Origin: the human T2T-CHM13v2.0 reference genome, Homo sapiens
Direction: 5' to 3' (one strand)
Length of the DNA stretch: 64,000 nucleotides
Assembly (NCBI RefSeq): GCF_009914755.1
Contig: NC_060945.1
Below the pieces are notes generated by a model. The model did not search any database, was not told the origin of the DNA, and saw nothing but the letters and a program-made list of their open reading frames with translations. Made by a program: the position numbers and the translations under genes. Positions within the stretch are counted from its first letter, which is position 1; every line of letters begins with the position of its first letter. Positions 17,761-34,957 of the stretch are shown one piece after another.

Positions 17761-18239
17761 TGTGAGTATCCTGAAGCTGCCTCACAAAGCACCACAGACT
17801 GGGAGGCTTAAGCATCAAAAACTGACTCTTTCACAGCTCTGCAGGCCAGAAGTCAGAAATCAAGGCATGAGCATGACTGGCTATTTCTGGAGGCTCTGAG
17901 GGGCCCTGGTTCCATGCCTGTCTCCTAGAACCTTGTGGTTCCCAGCAATCCTTACCGTTCCTGAGCTTGGAAGGCTACATTGCTATAATCTCTGCCTGTG
18001 TCTACACGTGATGACATTCTCCCAGGATGTCTCCATGTCAACAGTCTCTCTCAGCTAGGTCTTATAAAGATGCCTCTCTTTGAATTTAGGGCCCAACCTA
18101 AATCCAGGATGGGCCCATCTCCAGATCCCTAATGGATTATATCTGCCAAGGACCTTTTTCTACATAAGGTCCCATTCACAAGTTCCAGGGAGTAGGTTGT
18201 GAACAGATCTTTCTGGAGGACACAATTCAACCCACCACA
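17761..18239 (-). mobile_element. MLT1-type MaLR LTR
   Basis: cacagctctgcaggccagaagtc...aatcaagg and acaattcaacccaccaca MLT1 motifs. Confidence 0.8.
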
Positions 18240-19609
18240 GCGAGTGTTTGCATTTCCATATTCTGCACTGGGAGGCTGGCTCAGCTCTCCACCAAGCCCC
18301 ATGTCGCAGGGAATTCTCCAAACTTGGGTAGGGGTTTGAGCCAAAGCATGCAAAAAAGGCTTGCTGCAGAGTCCCCACCCCTCTTTACGGACACAAAAAG
18401 CCACGCAGTCACTACGGGGCGAGTGTGCAGATGCCCGCGGGCAGCAGGTGCCTCCCACCTCTCCTCCTCTCTCCAGCACCTGGGTTTTTCCTCAGCCTTC
18501 CCCATCTCCTACGCCCCACCTGGAAGCCAGTGCCAGCTCCCCCCATGCTCTTCCCGGAAAGTGCAAACAGGCAAGTTGAAGAGGCCATGTCGTAACTCTC
18601 AAAACTCTTACAGAGAATTATGTCGCCCACAACAAGATGAATAGTAACCCTGTGTGTCTTTGAATAACTGACCCTGGAAAATAACCATCAAGCCAGAAGA
18701 AAAGTGTTCCTATTTTACCTGCAAGTGGCAGGTGAGTCGAAGACCACTGAAGGAAATGGCCCATAGGACCTTCCCCCCTAGCCTGTTCTGGCTGCGGAAT
18801 TCTCCAAAATTTCTCACTTCTCAGAGGGAAGCATCTTCCCATAAAACCCTCAGTAAATGCACATAGATGGCCTGGAAAAGGACACCGCTCTTGACCCACC
18901 GAGCTCAGGCTCACTGCACTGACCAAAATTCCTGGCGCTTCTATGGGTAAAACCGGTTGTGACTAGTTGTACTGATTTCTAGCACCAGAGACCTAGGACT
19001 GCAGAAATGGGATTGAGGGAGCTCACCTCTCTAAGGAGTAGAGAAGGAGGAACAGTCTAGGAGTTGTGGAGGGTAAGGGAGGGGCTTGGGTGAGGTCAGG
19101 GGGGACTCTCCTCAGTCCTCCTGGCTGCCCTCCTCCCCTGGCATGCAACTCACACCCCCACCCCAGGAGGCAGCCATGTCCAGACAGGCTGTCCTCCTCC
19201 TGAACTCCACCTGGCTTTGGGCTCATCCTCCCCGGGCACTTCTGGCTGATGGCTCCCCACTCTCCAGCGGATGTGCTTTAGCGGGAGGTGGCCAGGATGC
19301 TGCACCTGTGCTGAGCCCCAGAGATTCTGAGTTCCAGAGACACTACAAGGGCAGCAGAGCCGTAACCCAAAGATGCAAGAGCCCAGACATTTTAGGAAGC
19401 TTGGAGGGCAGAAACGGAAAGTCCTTTTGAGGAGAGGGCCTGCAGCTGAACCTCTCATGCAGGCCACTGGGTAGGTGCGCGCCCAGCTTCTCAGAAGGTC
19501 AGTCCCAACCCTGCACGGCTGCCAGAAGCTAGCCAGATGGGGAAGGCGGCCAGGAGCCTGGTCCGACACCCCGATGCACAGGGCCTGGGCCAGAGGCAGA
19601 TGCTCCCAT

Positions 19610-19790
19610 CTACATATGCACACACACATATAAACACAAACAGAGAAAGGTGCACATGCACTCACATATACACATGTGAAATCACACAGGCATGTCAGGA
19701 TGTCACATATACATGCACACGTGTAAGCACCCAGGCACGTGCAGATACATTCATATATATGATCACATACACACACATGCGCACACACAG
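19610..19790 (+). repeat. CA-rich low-complexity tract
   Basis: Degenerate (CA)n / (CATA)n. Confidence 0.85.
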
Positions 19791-19827
19791 CTGCTTCTGC
19801 TATACATGAGCTGCTGTGAGCTGTTTT

Positions 19828-20138
19828 GTTTTGTCTTGTCTTGTTTTTGTTGTTGTTTGAGACGGAGTTTTGCTCTTTGGCCCAGGCTAGAGAGAAGTGG
19901 CGTGATCTTGGCTCACTGCAACCTCTGCCCCCCGAAGACAGGACACTTCTGTCTCAGCCTCCCAAGTAGCTGGGATTATAGGCGCCCGCCACCATGTCCG
20001 GCTAATTTTTGTATTTTTAGTAGAGATGGGGTTCCGCCATGTTGGCCAGGCTGGTCTCGAACTCCTGACCTCAGGTGATCGACCCGCCTCGGCCTCCCAA
20101 AGTGCTGAGATTACAGGCGTGAGCCATTGTGCCCGGCC
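19828..20138 (-). mobile_element. Alu (S-type)
   Basis: TSD agctgtttt. Confidence 0.9.
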
Positions 20139-20863
20139 AAGCTGTTTTCTGCCTCTTGAGTTAAAGGATTCATCCACTAGAACTGGCCACCTTAAGGCCA
20201 TATTATATTGTGGTGGACTTGTCTTAAATGGAATTTCCTGCTTCTTCTTAAATGTATAATTCCTCTGAATTGAATATAAATTTCTTCATTTCTCCTCATT
20301 GACTTTCAAAGCTCTTCTTCCTTTTGATATACAAAGTTTAGCCTTGTTCGAGAGATCTGGGATTTCCCTTACGTTACGGATTATTTTGTAAACAGAACAC
20401 CCAGGCTCCTCCCCTCATGTCCTGGCTGGAGGTGAAACATTAAAAAGAGATTTTAAAGCAGGGCCCTTTACTCCCTTCCTTCCTGGTTTGTGGCCAGGGC
20501 ACAGGGCAGCTCTGCTCCATCCACCCTTTGTCCCTGTGCTCTGGGCTTGGACCAAAACCTAAACACAGCGTGGGCCGTGGCAGGAGCTGACCGGCTGGGG
20601 CAAAGTTTAACACAGGCCATACAAACAGCCCAGAGCCTGGATGCTAGAACCAAGCCTTGCTTTTCTCTGTCACTCAGGAAGTGTGCTCTACGCGGGCTCT
20701 TTAGTGAGGCTCCTGGAGGAAGTGTTGAAACACAACTCTATTCATACATGTCTTTAAACAGCTTTCACTAGCTCTGTAGCCAAAGGACTGGGCCTGCCAG
20801 GTTCCCGGCCTCTTGCTGGAGCACAGTGAGGCTGGGGAAGGAGCACAGCACAGAGCCTCCTGA

Positions 20864-21408
<545 letters not shown>

Positions 21409-22537
21409 TAATACTAGCCCCACACACAGGCATGTCCTAGGGTCCACACCTGGTCAGCGGGAATAACAGGCAGCCGTGGGCTGGGCTCCCAGCCCCCTAG
21501 CAGGGTCCAGTGGGCCAGGGAGCCTCTGCTTTGGTTTGTGGTGCGTGGTCTGTGCCCGCCTGTGTTCAGCGTTTGAAGGCAGAGGAGCGGGCCATGATGG
21601 GCAGAGCCGACGTCCAGGCTCCACGGTAGGGCCGTCCTGCTGCTGTCTGCAGACCTCTCAGGCTTGAGGCCCCCCGCCCCACAGGACTGGCCCGCTCCTC
21701 CCTCTGGATTGAGGTGGAGCAGGGCTGGCAGTGGGTCGAAGAGGGGAGCTGTGGAATCTTCCCCAAAGCAGCCGGGTGTCCTGGAAAGGCCAGGGAGTGA
21801 GGAGGCAGGACCCCCGGGGACACAGGCACACACATCCACCACATGCTCACCTCTGCCTCCTCCTGCAGACCTCCCCGCCAGCCCCGTCATTTCATGGCAT
21901 CTTGCTTTCTCTTCATTGAGGAATGCACTTTTGCAATGTTGTTACTCACTATCCATCTACTTGGCCAACAGCCTCTTCATAAACTTAATTGCCACAAATT
22001 CTGCATCTCTGGGATGCAAACTAGTGAAGCTGTGCTGTGTCACCCAGGAGGCTTAATTTTAACATCACCTCAATAGGTAGCCAGGGAAGCGGATCTCGGT
22101 GGACTCTGCACTGTCAATACAAACGCTATGCACCCATCAAAAACCATGAGCTGGCTTAAAACAGAGCCTTGTATGGACATGGGAAAAAAATTATAGGTTT
22201 GTTGCAAACTCATTTAGCAGCAAAAATGTGATCTGAACTGACATGAAGCCCTTGGTATTTATTTATCCTGCTCAGTATGATAAATAGCATTTTCCTCGGG
22301 GGATAAAAAGAAAAACGTGAGCTGCGACAGCAGCCACTAACATGGGGAAGGGCCGTGACCTCCTGATGAGTGAAAATAGCAAGTTAGAAAACAACAAATT
22401 TTATCTTTTAAAATTAATAATAGATATATAGATACATAGACACACACAGGATGGATAGAAGCTAGATAGATACATACATACATAGATACATACATAGATA
22501 GATACTATATAGATATGTAAATAGAAAGATAGGTAGA

Positions 22538-22850
22538 GGCTGGGTGCAGTGGCTCATGCCTAAAGTGGTTCCCCAGCACTTTGGGAGGTGAAGGCAGGAG
22601 GATTGCTTTAGCCCAGGAGTTCAAGACCATCCTGGGCAACATGGCAAAACCCCATCTCTACAAAAAATACAAAAATTAGCCAGGTGTGGCGGTGCACCCC
22701 TTTAGACCCTGTTATTCAGGAGGCTGAAGTGGCAGGATCACTTGAACCTAGGAGGTAAAGGTTGCAGTGAGCTGTGATTGTTCCACTGCACTCCAGCCTG
22801 GGTGACAGGGCAAGCCCCTGTCTCAAAAAAAAAAAAAGAAAAGAAAAGAA
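22538..22850 (+). mobile_element. Alu (J-like) inserted in a GATA-rich tract
   Basis: TSD agaaagataggtaga. Confidence 0.9.
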
Positions 22851-22859
22851 AGATAGGTA

Positions 22860-23069
22860 GATACATAGAATGGGTGGATAGAGAGATAGAACGGATAGAA
22901 AAATAGGATGGATAAATAGAACATAGGTAGATACATAAATATGATGAATGCATAGATGGATGGGTGGATGGATGGATGGATGGATGGATGGATGAATGGA
23001 TAGATGAATGGATGGATAGATAGTAGATAAATGGATGGATGGATAGATACACAGTAGGTAGGTAGGTAG

Positions 23070-23112
<43 letters not shown>

Positions 23113-23116
23113 ACAG

Positions 23117-23169
<53 letters not shown>

Positions 23170-23175
23170 ACAGGA
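22860..23175 (+). repeat. Compound (GGAT)n/(GTAG)n/(AGAT)10-AAACAG-(GATA)13 STR, probably D21S1411
   Basis: Repeat blocks at 23071-23110 and 23117-23168. Flanks 22941-22962 and 23208-23226 match primer sequences I recall for D21S1411 (unverified). Confidence 0.8.
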
Positions 23176-24563
23176 TGAATATTTAGAAGGCTGGGAGTGG
23201 GCAGAAAGCCTGGAAGGACACACATTAATACAAATAATATTAACTGAGTTGTTTTCTGGGCCCATAGGATCCTAGACAAGTTTTTAAATATTATTCTTTG
23301 AAGTGCTATTTCCTACACTTCCTACAATGATAATAGGATATTTTATATTCAGAAAAATGACATTTAAGACATAGTCAATGGTCCATGGACCTTGGACAGA
23401 GGGCCCAGCTGCCCTGTTTGCAGTCTACACCGCATGCCCAACCCTTCCCCAGATCTACTCACTTTCAGAATGTGCTGCCTTCCACGTGTGAACCAGACTG
23501 AGCTCCTTTCTGCCACTGATGTTGAATTGTCCATTTGCTCACGTCAGTGTCCACGTGGCAAATCCACAGGGCATGGGTGGGATCCTGCAGTCTAGACAAA
23601 GCCAAGGAGCACCGCTGGAGGCCACGTTGGGCTTCCCAATCCACATGCAAACCCAAAATGTGTTCTTGGGTACCTTTTCTGAGAAGACAGCCTGTGGCAT
23701 GCATCAGCTTCCTTGAGGGGCCCATGATGCTGGAGAAAACGGAGACCCGGCTCCAAAGGAGAATGTGGACTCTTAGTGGTTGGACAAAGACGTCCCGACC
23801 TCAGACCTCAGGTACCCTGTGTTTCCCCAGCGGCAGCTCATCTGGACTCGGCCATCACGACAGCGACCACACTGGCTCCAGCCACATGCACTTCCGGACC
23901 CCATGTCCTCTAGCTGTTGGGTAGAAGAGGGGTGGAGAAGGTTTCTGTAGCACAGAAACACATCAGCAGGACCAGATCCAAATATTGCACTCTCCAGATT
24001 CTTCGTCCTTCTGGCAGAAAGAAGCAGTGTCCCGGGAACATGCCCCTACTTGACCCCTGACCCTGGAAACGCCTCGAAACCCACCCGGGAGGCTGATTCC
24101 AGCCAGTCTGCCCTGGGCCACTGTACTGGGAGAGTTTCTTTCCGGAGCTGCAGTACTTCCTTTGGGGTGGGAAGGAGTTGTTACAAACTAGCCAAAGGCT
24201 CTGAGTTGCTTGGTTTTTCCTTTAGAAAACATTTGCTTTTTATTTTTAGCAGTTATTCAGAGCCAAACTTCATGAAAAGGGGAATAGAGTGGTATCGTGG
24301 GAGTATCCTTTTGCATAAAAACTAAGGTGTGATTACAAAGTAACAAAGCTAATCTTTTTTATTTCAATTGGTTTATGAACCAACTCTAATTGAAAAGCCG
24401 TGCAAAGCTGCTTGCTTCATGGCAGCTTTTCTGGGGTAAACGTGCAGTCAGCCAAGGGTAAATATCTTGAAGTTTAACGCTCGCTCGGAGGCATAAGCTC
24501 CAGTTTGTTTTTGGTTGAAAAATAGTATCCTAACTGTTGAGGTACACCTTTGCAGTGGGACTC

Positions 24564-25554
<991 letters not shown>

Positions 25555-26145
25555 ACTCCAGGAATGTGATCAAGTCCAAGTTCTGCTGATCCTCAACTTT
25601 GCCTATTTATTTCTCTTCTGTTTTAAGTCAACACTTTCTCCTGGTGAAACTGCTCTGGAAGGACGTTCCAATGAAAAGCTTTTCCCATAATGAGATCGTA
25701 ATCCTTGCTGAAAACGCTTTGCCGTTCACTGCATTTTAATGCTCTGGCACCACATGTGCCCCCTTTTCTTTTTGGGATAAAAGACGCCTTTGTCCCATGT
25801 CCTCAGCTGGTGCTTAGGGGTATGGAGCAAAAAGTGGGTGCCAGAGTTGAGATTCAGGGAGTGGAGAGTGGGGAGGAGCTTCTGTCTTCTGAAAACTGCC
25901 CGGATGGATGCGGTAGTGCAGCGGTGGCCACGGCACATGCCTGCGAGGATAGAGTCAGTTGTGGCTGAGCTAAGCGCGGAAGTGCAGGCAAAACCTGAGT
26001 ATCGGCAGCCAGGGCAGGTGTGGGGACCTCTGCACTGAGGTATATTCCTCCCTGGGAGCCACAGGGAGCCCTTAGTTACCAGCCTTGAGAGATCCTCCGC
26101 ATTCGTCCGTGGTAACCCCCTTGCTGTCTCTCTCTCTGTCACCAG

Positions 26146-26850
<705 letters not shown>

Positions 26851-28638
26851 TTAAAGACAGAACAAGAAGAGGAAAAGCATTAGGGGAGGAGCCTCCTGTT
26901 GCCCCCAGGGACCCGGTTCCTTGTGTGATGTTCCCACTGGGTTGCATTCCAGCGAGGGCTTCAGCACTGGGGACACAGAAGTCATTCTCCTGGGAACAGG
27001 CATCCTTCACAGGCGCTGCGGGGGGCCCAGTGAGCTGTGACTCGTGGGGAAAATGCCCCAGTCTCCACGATGCCACCTCCAAAGTCAGTTTTGTGTACAG
27101 CAGGACTCTTTACTGGAGCCAGGGTCAGGACACGTGTGGATGAACCACGACCAAACTGGGGATGGAAATGCCGGTAGTAGCAAAGAGACGGCGGTGATGA
27201 TGAGCAGAGTGCATGCATTGAGGCACTTACTGTGTGCGGGCGCTGTGCTTAGTGAGGGGCACACAGGACCTGCTCACACCTCCGGGCTTTGCCTCCATGC
27301 CCGCTGGTGCCAGCCCAGACACCACAGGCATATGATGTGGCTCATGGTTCCCCAGAGTGCCACTGCCCGGCCTCAGTGGGATTTAATGGGGACTAATGGA
27401 CTGAGAAACAGCCCTGTGCAATTGCACTGAGTTGTCTCAGAGCCACCTGGCATGCTGACGATCATTCCCTGATTTTGAAATTGAGGGCAATCTGCTTATT
27501 GAGGAAGCGTGGCAAGTGAAAGGGTCTCAGAGGCAGAAGGTGAAGGGAAAGCCGACGGGCCTCATCTGGTCCCCTCAAAGCCCCGGGGGCCTGGCCTCGG
27601 GGTGGGCGCAGGGAGGAAGGCCGAGCGGAAGGAAGCAGGCCTTGTCTGAGCCACGTGAGAGCCTGTCCTACAGGGACCGTGCCACGTGTCTGTCCCATGC
27701 ACTCATGGGCTCATTTGGAGTTAGGGATGTCTCAGCCCAATTGACTTAGGGGAAGTCAGGCCATAGTTTGTGGCCATGGAAAGTTGTGAGTGAACAATCC
27801 ATCTTCGTCATCCCTGTGCTGGAGGCTCTTTAAAGGACGGGAGACAGAGTCTCTCATTTGTGAGCCAAGGAAGAGCTCCCAAGTTGCACAGGGACGGCCA
27901 CACAGCTGGGGTCCCAAGGCTGGGACCTGGCAAGGCTGGGACCCGGCTTGGCAGCCTCAGACACACAGCACCTTCACCTGTGGCACCGCCCTTGGCCGTG
28001 GGCTCTACGTGGCTTGGTTCAGCCCTCTGGCTGTCCCTTGCGCCCCAGGTGCCATGGCTGCTTTGGCAGGAGGGTGGTGTTCCAGGGTGGTGCTGCCTGG
28101 CAGGGTTCCCCTCTGCCCAGAGCCAGGCGGAGATGGGTTGCCTCAAGCTGGGGCTGCGGGTGTAGCAGGGCCAGCCTTTCCAGCCCCACCAGCAGCACGA
28201 GGGGAAGAGGACAAAAACTGAGTTCTAGTCTTCAGCCTGAAACCAGACTCCCTGAACAGCGGCCTCTGGGCCCCATATGGGTTGGGGAACTCCACCGCCC
28301 CAAGGGGTGTGTCTGGAGCCAGGCCATGCCTCCCGAAGCTGCCCCCAGCTCCTCACCCACAACTGTGTGTCCCTGAGCACTTTCTGGAGGTGTTTGTAGG
28401 ATGCAGCCTCTTATCCCTTAAACGACTGCATTTACCGCCCACCTACAGCAGCAGGAGTGAGTGGTGAGACAGCCTCCGGCCTCACAGGTCTTGCCTCTGC
28501 CGTGCCTGATGGGCACCCGCTCTGTAGAAAGCAAGGCGAGTGCTCGGATCACACGCCGCTCCTGGCGTGGTTTCTGGTGTGCACTAGTCCTGCAGGTCAG
28601 GTTGAGGTTGCAGGGGGGAAGATTATTTTTATCGAAGT

Positions 28639-29054
28639 TGTAGTCATTTCCTGGGGCTGCGTAACGAATTCTCATAAACTGGGCAGCTTAAAACAATAGA
28701 AATGTATTCCCACATAGTTCTGGAGGCCACAAGTCCAAAATCAAGGTGCCAGCAGGCCCTGCCACCTCTGAAGGCCCCAGGGGAGGGACCTTCCCGGTCT
28801 CTCTTGGCCTCTGGTGGCTGCCGGCGGCATTCTCTGCCTGCTTCTTCCCCTGGTGCTCCCATCCGTTCTGTCCAAATTCCCCCTTTTTGTAAGGACACCC
28901 ATCCTATTGGAGTAGGGGTCACCCTCCTCCAGGATGACATCCCCTTAACTACATCTGCAACAGTCATGTCCCCAAATGAGGTCACCCTCAGAGGCAGCAG
29001 GGTTAGGACTTCAACATACAACTTTTGGGGGGAGATGTACTTCAGCCCATAACA
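28639..29054 (-). mobile_element. MLT1-type MaLR LTR
   Basis: gcttaaaacaatagaaatgtatt...ttctggaggc...cagcccataaca. Confidence 0.82.
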
Positions 29055-32000
29055 CACCACGTGGGAGGATAACACCGATTTCAGAGCTTGCAGAGGAAGC
29101 CGCCAGGAACTCCAGTGAGACATCAGCCCCCAGGTGCCTGTCAGGCACGCCGGGCTGTGGGGGGCACCTGGGCCCATCTGAGTAACGGAGGCGCATCCGC
29201 ACTTCCCCCAGGAGTACATTTTTAGAACCCACAGCGCCATAAACCAAAGACAAGGAGACTTCCTGGTGCCCCGTCAGCTTCTGGAGGCGACGTTCTCGGC
29301 TGACAGCTCTGGCAGCCTCCCCTGTAGGTGAGAGACAGGTAAATGGGACTCTTGCTTCCAAAACGGAACAGGGTAAAAATTCTCAAGCGTTGTCGACACA
29401 TTGAGAAAAAACAAATCCAGCCTCCTGGGCTCTGGTCTCATCCCCAGCCGCGTCATGTGCCCCAGGCCGGCGTTGCCACACATGAAACCCCTTCCTGTTT
29501 TTCTATGTAGAAAGGAACTCAGAATAGAGACACTGAGATATTCGTGTTGTCCCTTTTGTCTTTGTCAACAGCAGAGTTACATCTTACTCATGAGAGCCCT
29601 GTAGCAATGTGGGGACCCTGGGACCAGTCTCAGTTAAGCTGGAACTTCCCCGGATGACTGGGGAGAGGAGCTGCAAAAGGCAGGGTGGGGGTGGGGGGCC
29701 TTCCCGAGATGGCAGCCCAGCCAGAGGCCAGCGTTCTTGCCTCTGGGAAGAGAATAAAGGCCCCAGACAGGGTGGAGCTAGCTCAGCCCCGTGCCACACA
29801 AATGGCCAGTGTGAGCCTGAAATGTGGAGCTACATTCAGCCCACATAGCACACCCTGGTGGGGCCTCGGAGCCAGGGGTATGGATCCACCAGAAGCTGCC
29901 CCTTGGGAACAGCAGTGGCATCGGGGTCCGGCACACAGCACCCGGGAGCAGGTGGCCGTCCCCTGACACTCACGGGCTAGGTTTCTCCTGCTTTTCCCTC
30001 AAAGAGGACAGAGGTCCAACTGCCAGCTTACATTTAGGGCAGGGGCAGGGGCAGGTCTACCCCAGGGGCCACGGCCACTCTGGCCCCCAGCACTGTGCCA
30101 GGCAGAGAGCAGAGCATGGAATATGGGGTTCACCCAGAGCTGGGGAGTCTGCAGGAGCCTGGGGTGGCAACTGAGGGCTCAGCGTTCATCCCAAACAAAT
30201 GGCCTTGCCCACTGGCCTAAGCCCCAGAGAAGGGGGATGGGGACCCCAGGAAATGAAAGCAAAGATAAGCTCCAAATAGGATGAAAAGAAAGAGCTCCAT
30301 GCCAGCTGCTCTGTTTGCTGAAGACGCTGGTTCCCGTGGCAGCGGAGCGCAGAGAGAGGGGCTGCCTGGCCAGGCAGGGTCAGCGGGCCCCAGCAGACCC
30401 TCCTCTGCTCCCAGCTCTGGTATCTGCAAGGAAACAGCGGGATTCGAACAGTCAAACTGTCTTGCTCGGTGAAGATTTCCATAACCCTCCTGGGGAATGC
30501 AGGAGACTTACAGAGACAGCACATGTGCGAATGTTTACACAAAACAGGTTAAAAGCAGCGAAGAAATCATCATCATGCCATCTATTTTTTTTAACTACGC
30601 AGAAAACGTTCGTTACTTCTCAGAAATGTGTAAATGGAATTTCTCGTTTAATGGATGACAATGGAAATCATTTGATTGGTGCATTTTGTTGGTTGGTTTT
30701 GTTAATACTTTGCTGAATCTGTTAGCGTTCCCCCTTACACATCAAACTGTGGTAGCAACTCTGATGGGTTTTGCAAGCATGAAACAGAGGGAAGGGCTAC
30801 CAAATGGATCTCTGTGGAGCGGTGGTTATCACGGGGAAGAGACGGCAGCATGCCGAGAAAATAACACTGAAGCCTCTTTTTCCAGAAAGGAAATAGATTG
30901 ATTATTCTAGTTTTGAAAATAGCACAGGCTCATTGGAAAACCTCCAAACTACACTGATGGGAGCTGAAGGGTGCACACCGATCATGACAACAGCCGGCAA
31001 TGTCCCCCCAGTTTAAACCTGGACACGAGGCCTTCTAGATGTTTTTCTGTGCATAGATACCTTGTTTTGAAAAACAACTAAAACATGCGTTGTGTAGTCT
31101 TTTTTTTTACTAGTGGCATTGTGAGCAATAAATAGATTAAATTTTAACCAGCGTACAGCTCATAGATTTTCCCAGAAGGCCACAATCAAGCACTCTTTTT
31201 AAACCTACCGAATGTGCTCTTTCTTCCTCGTAGCGTGGCATTTTTTGGCACTTGCTTTCAGTACATACTGTGCATAGCATTCTTATTTTCCCTTTTCATG
31301 TCAAGTTTCCTCACTTGGCATAATATCCGTGATGATCCTCCTAATGGCATAATAGTCCATCATGCGGAGGCACTGTGCTGGTTTAAACCGCTTCCCATCT
31401 TGGGACATTCAGGTGGCTTCTAGTCGGTTTTGTGTTTTTGTTACAGCAGATCACACCACGGTGAATATCTGTGTGCATAGAGCTGTTTGTTCCTGTTTAA
31501 TTCTTGGCTTAAGATAAATTCCCCAGGATAGATATGTGGGCTTAAAGGATACGAATTTCTATATGGCTCTTACTGGGCAGTATTAACTTGCTCTCCCAGA
31601 AGAAGGGGCTTTATTTACAAATCGCAGGAGCTTCTGCTGCATTTAGCTCCCTGAGTGCCCCCATAGCCTGGTGAATGTCACACAAGCCAGGCGTGACCCC
31701 CACCCACCATCGTCCAAGTACACAGGGAGCCTGTTCACTTCCAAGCAAGTTCACACCCATAGGGTGTGAACCCAGATCGGCCCAGCCCCCTGGTGCACTC
31801 TGCTGCAGGGGCCCAAGAGCAGCCAGACCTCCTGGGGCAGCTGCTCCTCATTCAGCCTCTGGGGACCACCCTGAAGCCATCACACTGCCCAACCGGAAGG
31901 TGGCTTTCCTCTGAAACATGCCTGGCTCACTTTGCTCTGCTCCTATGTGGGATACCTCGATACCAAGTGCTAAACAAAAACAGAGTCAGACAGAAAACTC

Positions 32001-32149
32001 ATCTGCTAACATTACATGTAACAGGGAAAGTTGGAAACATTCTAAAAGTCCATCACTGGGGACTGGATTGCTAACGTGTGCTATGGCCACACCCTGGAGA
32101 AACTTGGAAAATGAAGCTAAGCTCTGTGGAGCAACTTGGGATGAGTTCA

Positions 32150-32530
<381 letters not shown>

Positions 32531-32548
32531 TTTTAAAAAGTACAAAGG

Positions 32549-32686
32549 GGCGGGGTGCAGTGACTCACACCTGTCATCCCAATACTTTGGGAGGCTGAGG
32601 CAGAAGGATCGTTTGAACCTAGGAGTTCAAGACCAGCCTGGGTAACATAGCAAGACCCTATCTCTACAAAAAATAAAAATTAAAAT
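32549..32686 (+). mobile_element. Alu monomer (FLAM-like)
   Basis: Left arm only, with A tail. Confidence 0.85.
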
Positions 32687-32956
32687 ATTGTTAAAAGGTA
32701 AAAGCGGCCACCCATGTGTGTCCACACTTCAAAACATTCTGGAAAGATACACCAAACTATTAGAAGTGATTTCCAGAGTATGGGATTTAGGGAAATAAAT
32801 GGGTAAAGTGAGGACTTCGGTTTTCATATTTTGGTGTTTTTTTTTTTACTCTACTCTTGTGTTGTTTAGATTTTTTAGAATGTTTTTCTTTTGAAAACAT
32901 TAGAAAAAGGTTTTTTAGAAGCTTATCTAAAAGAGAAGATAGCCCTCAACATCTGA

Positions 32957-33277
<321 letters not shown>

Positions 33278-33508
33278 CCAACATCTGACTTTCTGTGTGT
33301 TTTCCAAGAGTCTAGTGTGAGGTCAGAGGTCAGACAGGTCATCAGGGATTTTGCTTCGAGTGAGTTGCTGCTGCCCTGACTCCTCTCCCACAGCAAATAA
33401 GACCACACGGGGCTTGGGGGTTGGGTTTGTCGCTTGCTTTTGCTGTGCTGAGGGCTTCACCAGACTGAAACAGCAGGACCACAGCTCATCTCTGCTCCTT
33501 CTCTCTAG

Positions 33509-33590
33509 GACCAACTGCCCCTGTAAGTACAGTTTTTTGGATAACCACAAGAAGTTGACTCCTCGACGCGATGTTCCCACTTACCCCAAG
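33509..33590 (+). CDS. PDE9A: PDE9A exon [28 protein letters not shown] (82 nt)
   Basis: ccttctctctag|G and AAG|gtaaga; phase 2 to 0. Confidence 0.96.
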
Positions 33591-34051
33591 GTAAGATGAG
33601 ATTCCGGCCCAGAAGAAGCTGCAGCTGTGTCCCCAGCCCCACGCCCAGCCCTGTGGCCCTGCGGCCAGACCCTGCTGTGTGTACGTTCACATCAACCGCC
33701 CCTCCCAGCCCTGGGCCGCTGACGGTGCGGGTTACTTTAAGGCAAAGTATTTTTTCTCTTTGACATTTGTTTAGCAAAAGTGATCCCAGACCATACCTTC
33801 CCCTGCAAGGACATAACAGCTCCGTGCTGCTGTCTGCCCGGCCCCGGGAGCTGACCTGGGTAGACAGTTTTTACACTCAAACGTTACTGGAAAGAACTTT
33901 AACGTTTAACTGAATTTTTAAAAATCCATTCCATTGGCCCTTGTCTCTGAGCAATTCTTAGTTGTCCTGGCAAGTTTTGCTCTTTTGCACAAAAGTGTTC
34001 TTAGTTCTAAGAGAAGCTGTGACGTTGGTGAAGTAGCAATGGCATTTTTGA

Positions 34052-34430
<379 letters not shown>

Positions 34431-34511
34431 CCGGCCCACCTGATTTGTAATGTGCTCTCATGCTAAGATTCAGGGGGCACAGCTTCCAGAGACAGCAGAG
34501 GCCTGGGCTAA

Positions 34512-34957
<446 letters not shown>

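Noticed and set aside
22716-23279. SIYL/SIHP-repeat ORFs here and at 47183-47688
   Set aside because: Translations of tetranucleotide simple repeats
29124-29172. Competing short hairpins (gtgcct/aggcac; cccaggtgcc/ggcacctggg)
   Set aside because: Short GC-rich stems are expected by chance and are too short for a pre-miRNA.
33471-33481. cagcaggacca copy of the mRNA junction 32 nt upstream of acceptor 33509
   Set aside because: Out of frame with a poor adjacent pyrimidine tract; at most an alignment hazard.
33521-33528. Internal gtaagt donor in exon 33509-33590
   Set aside because: It would leave a 14-nt exon and has a weak exonic context (CCT|gt).
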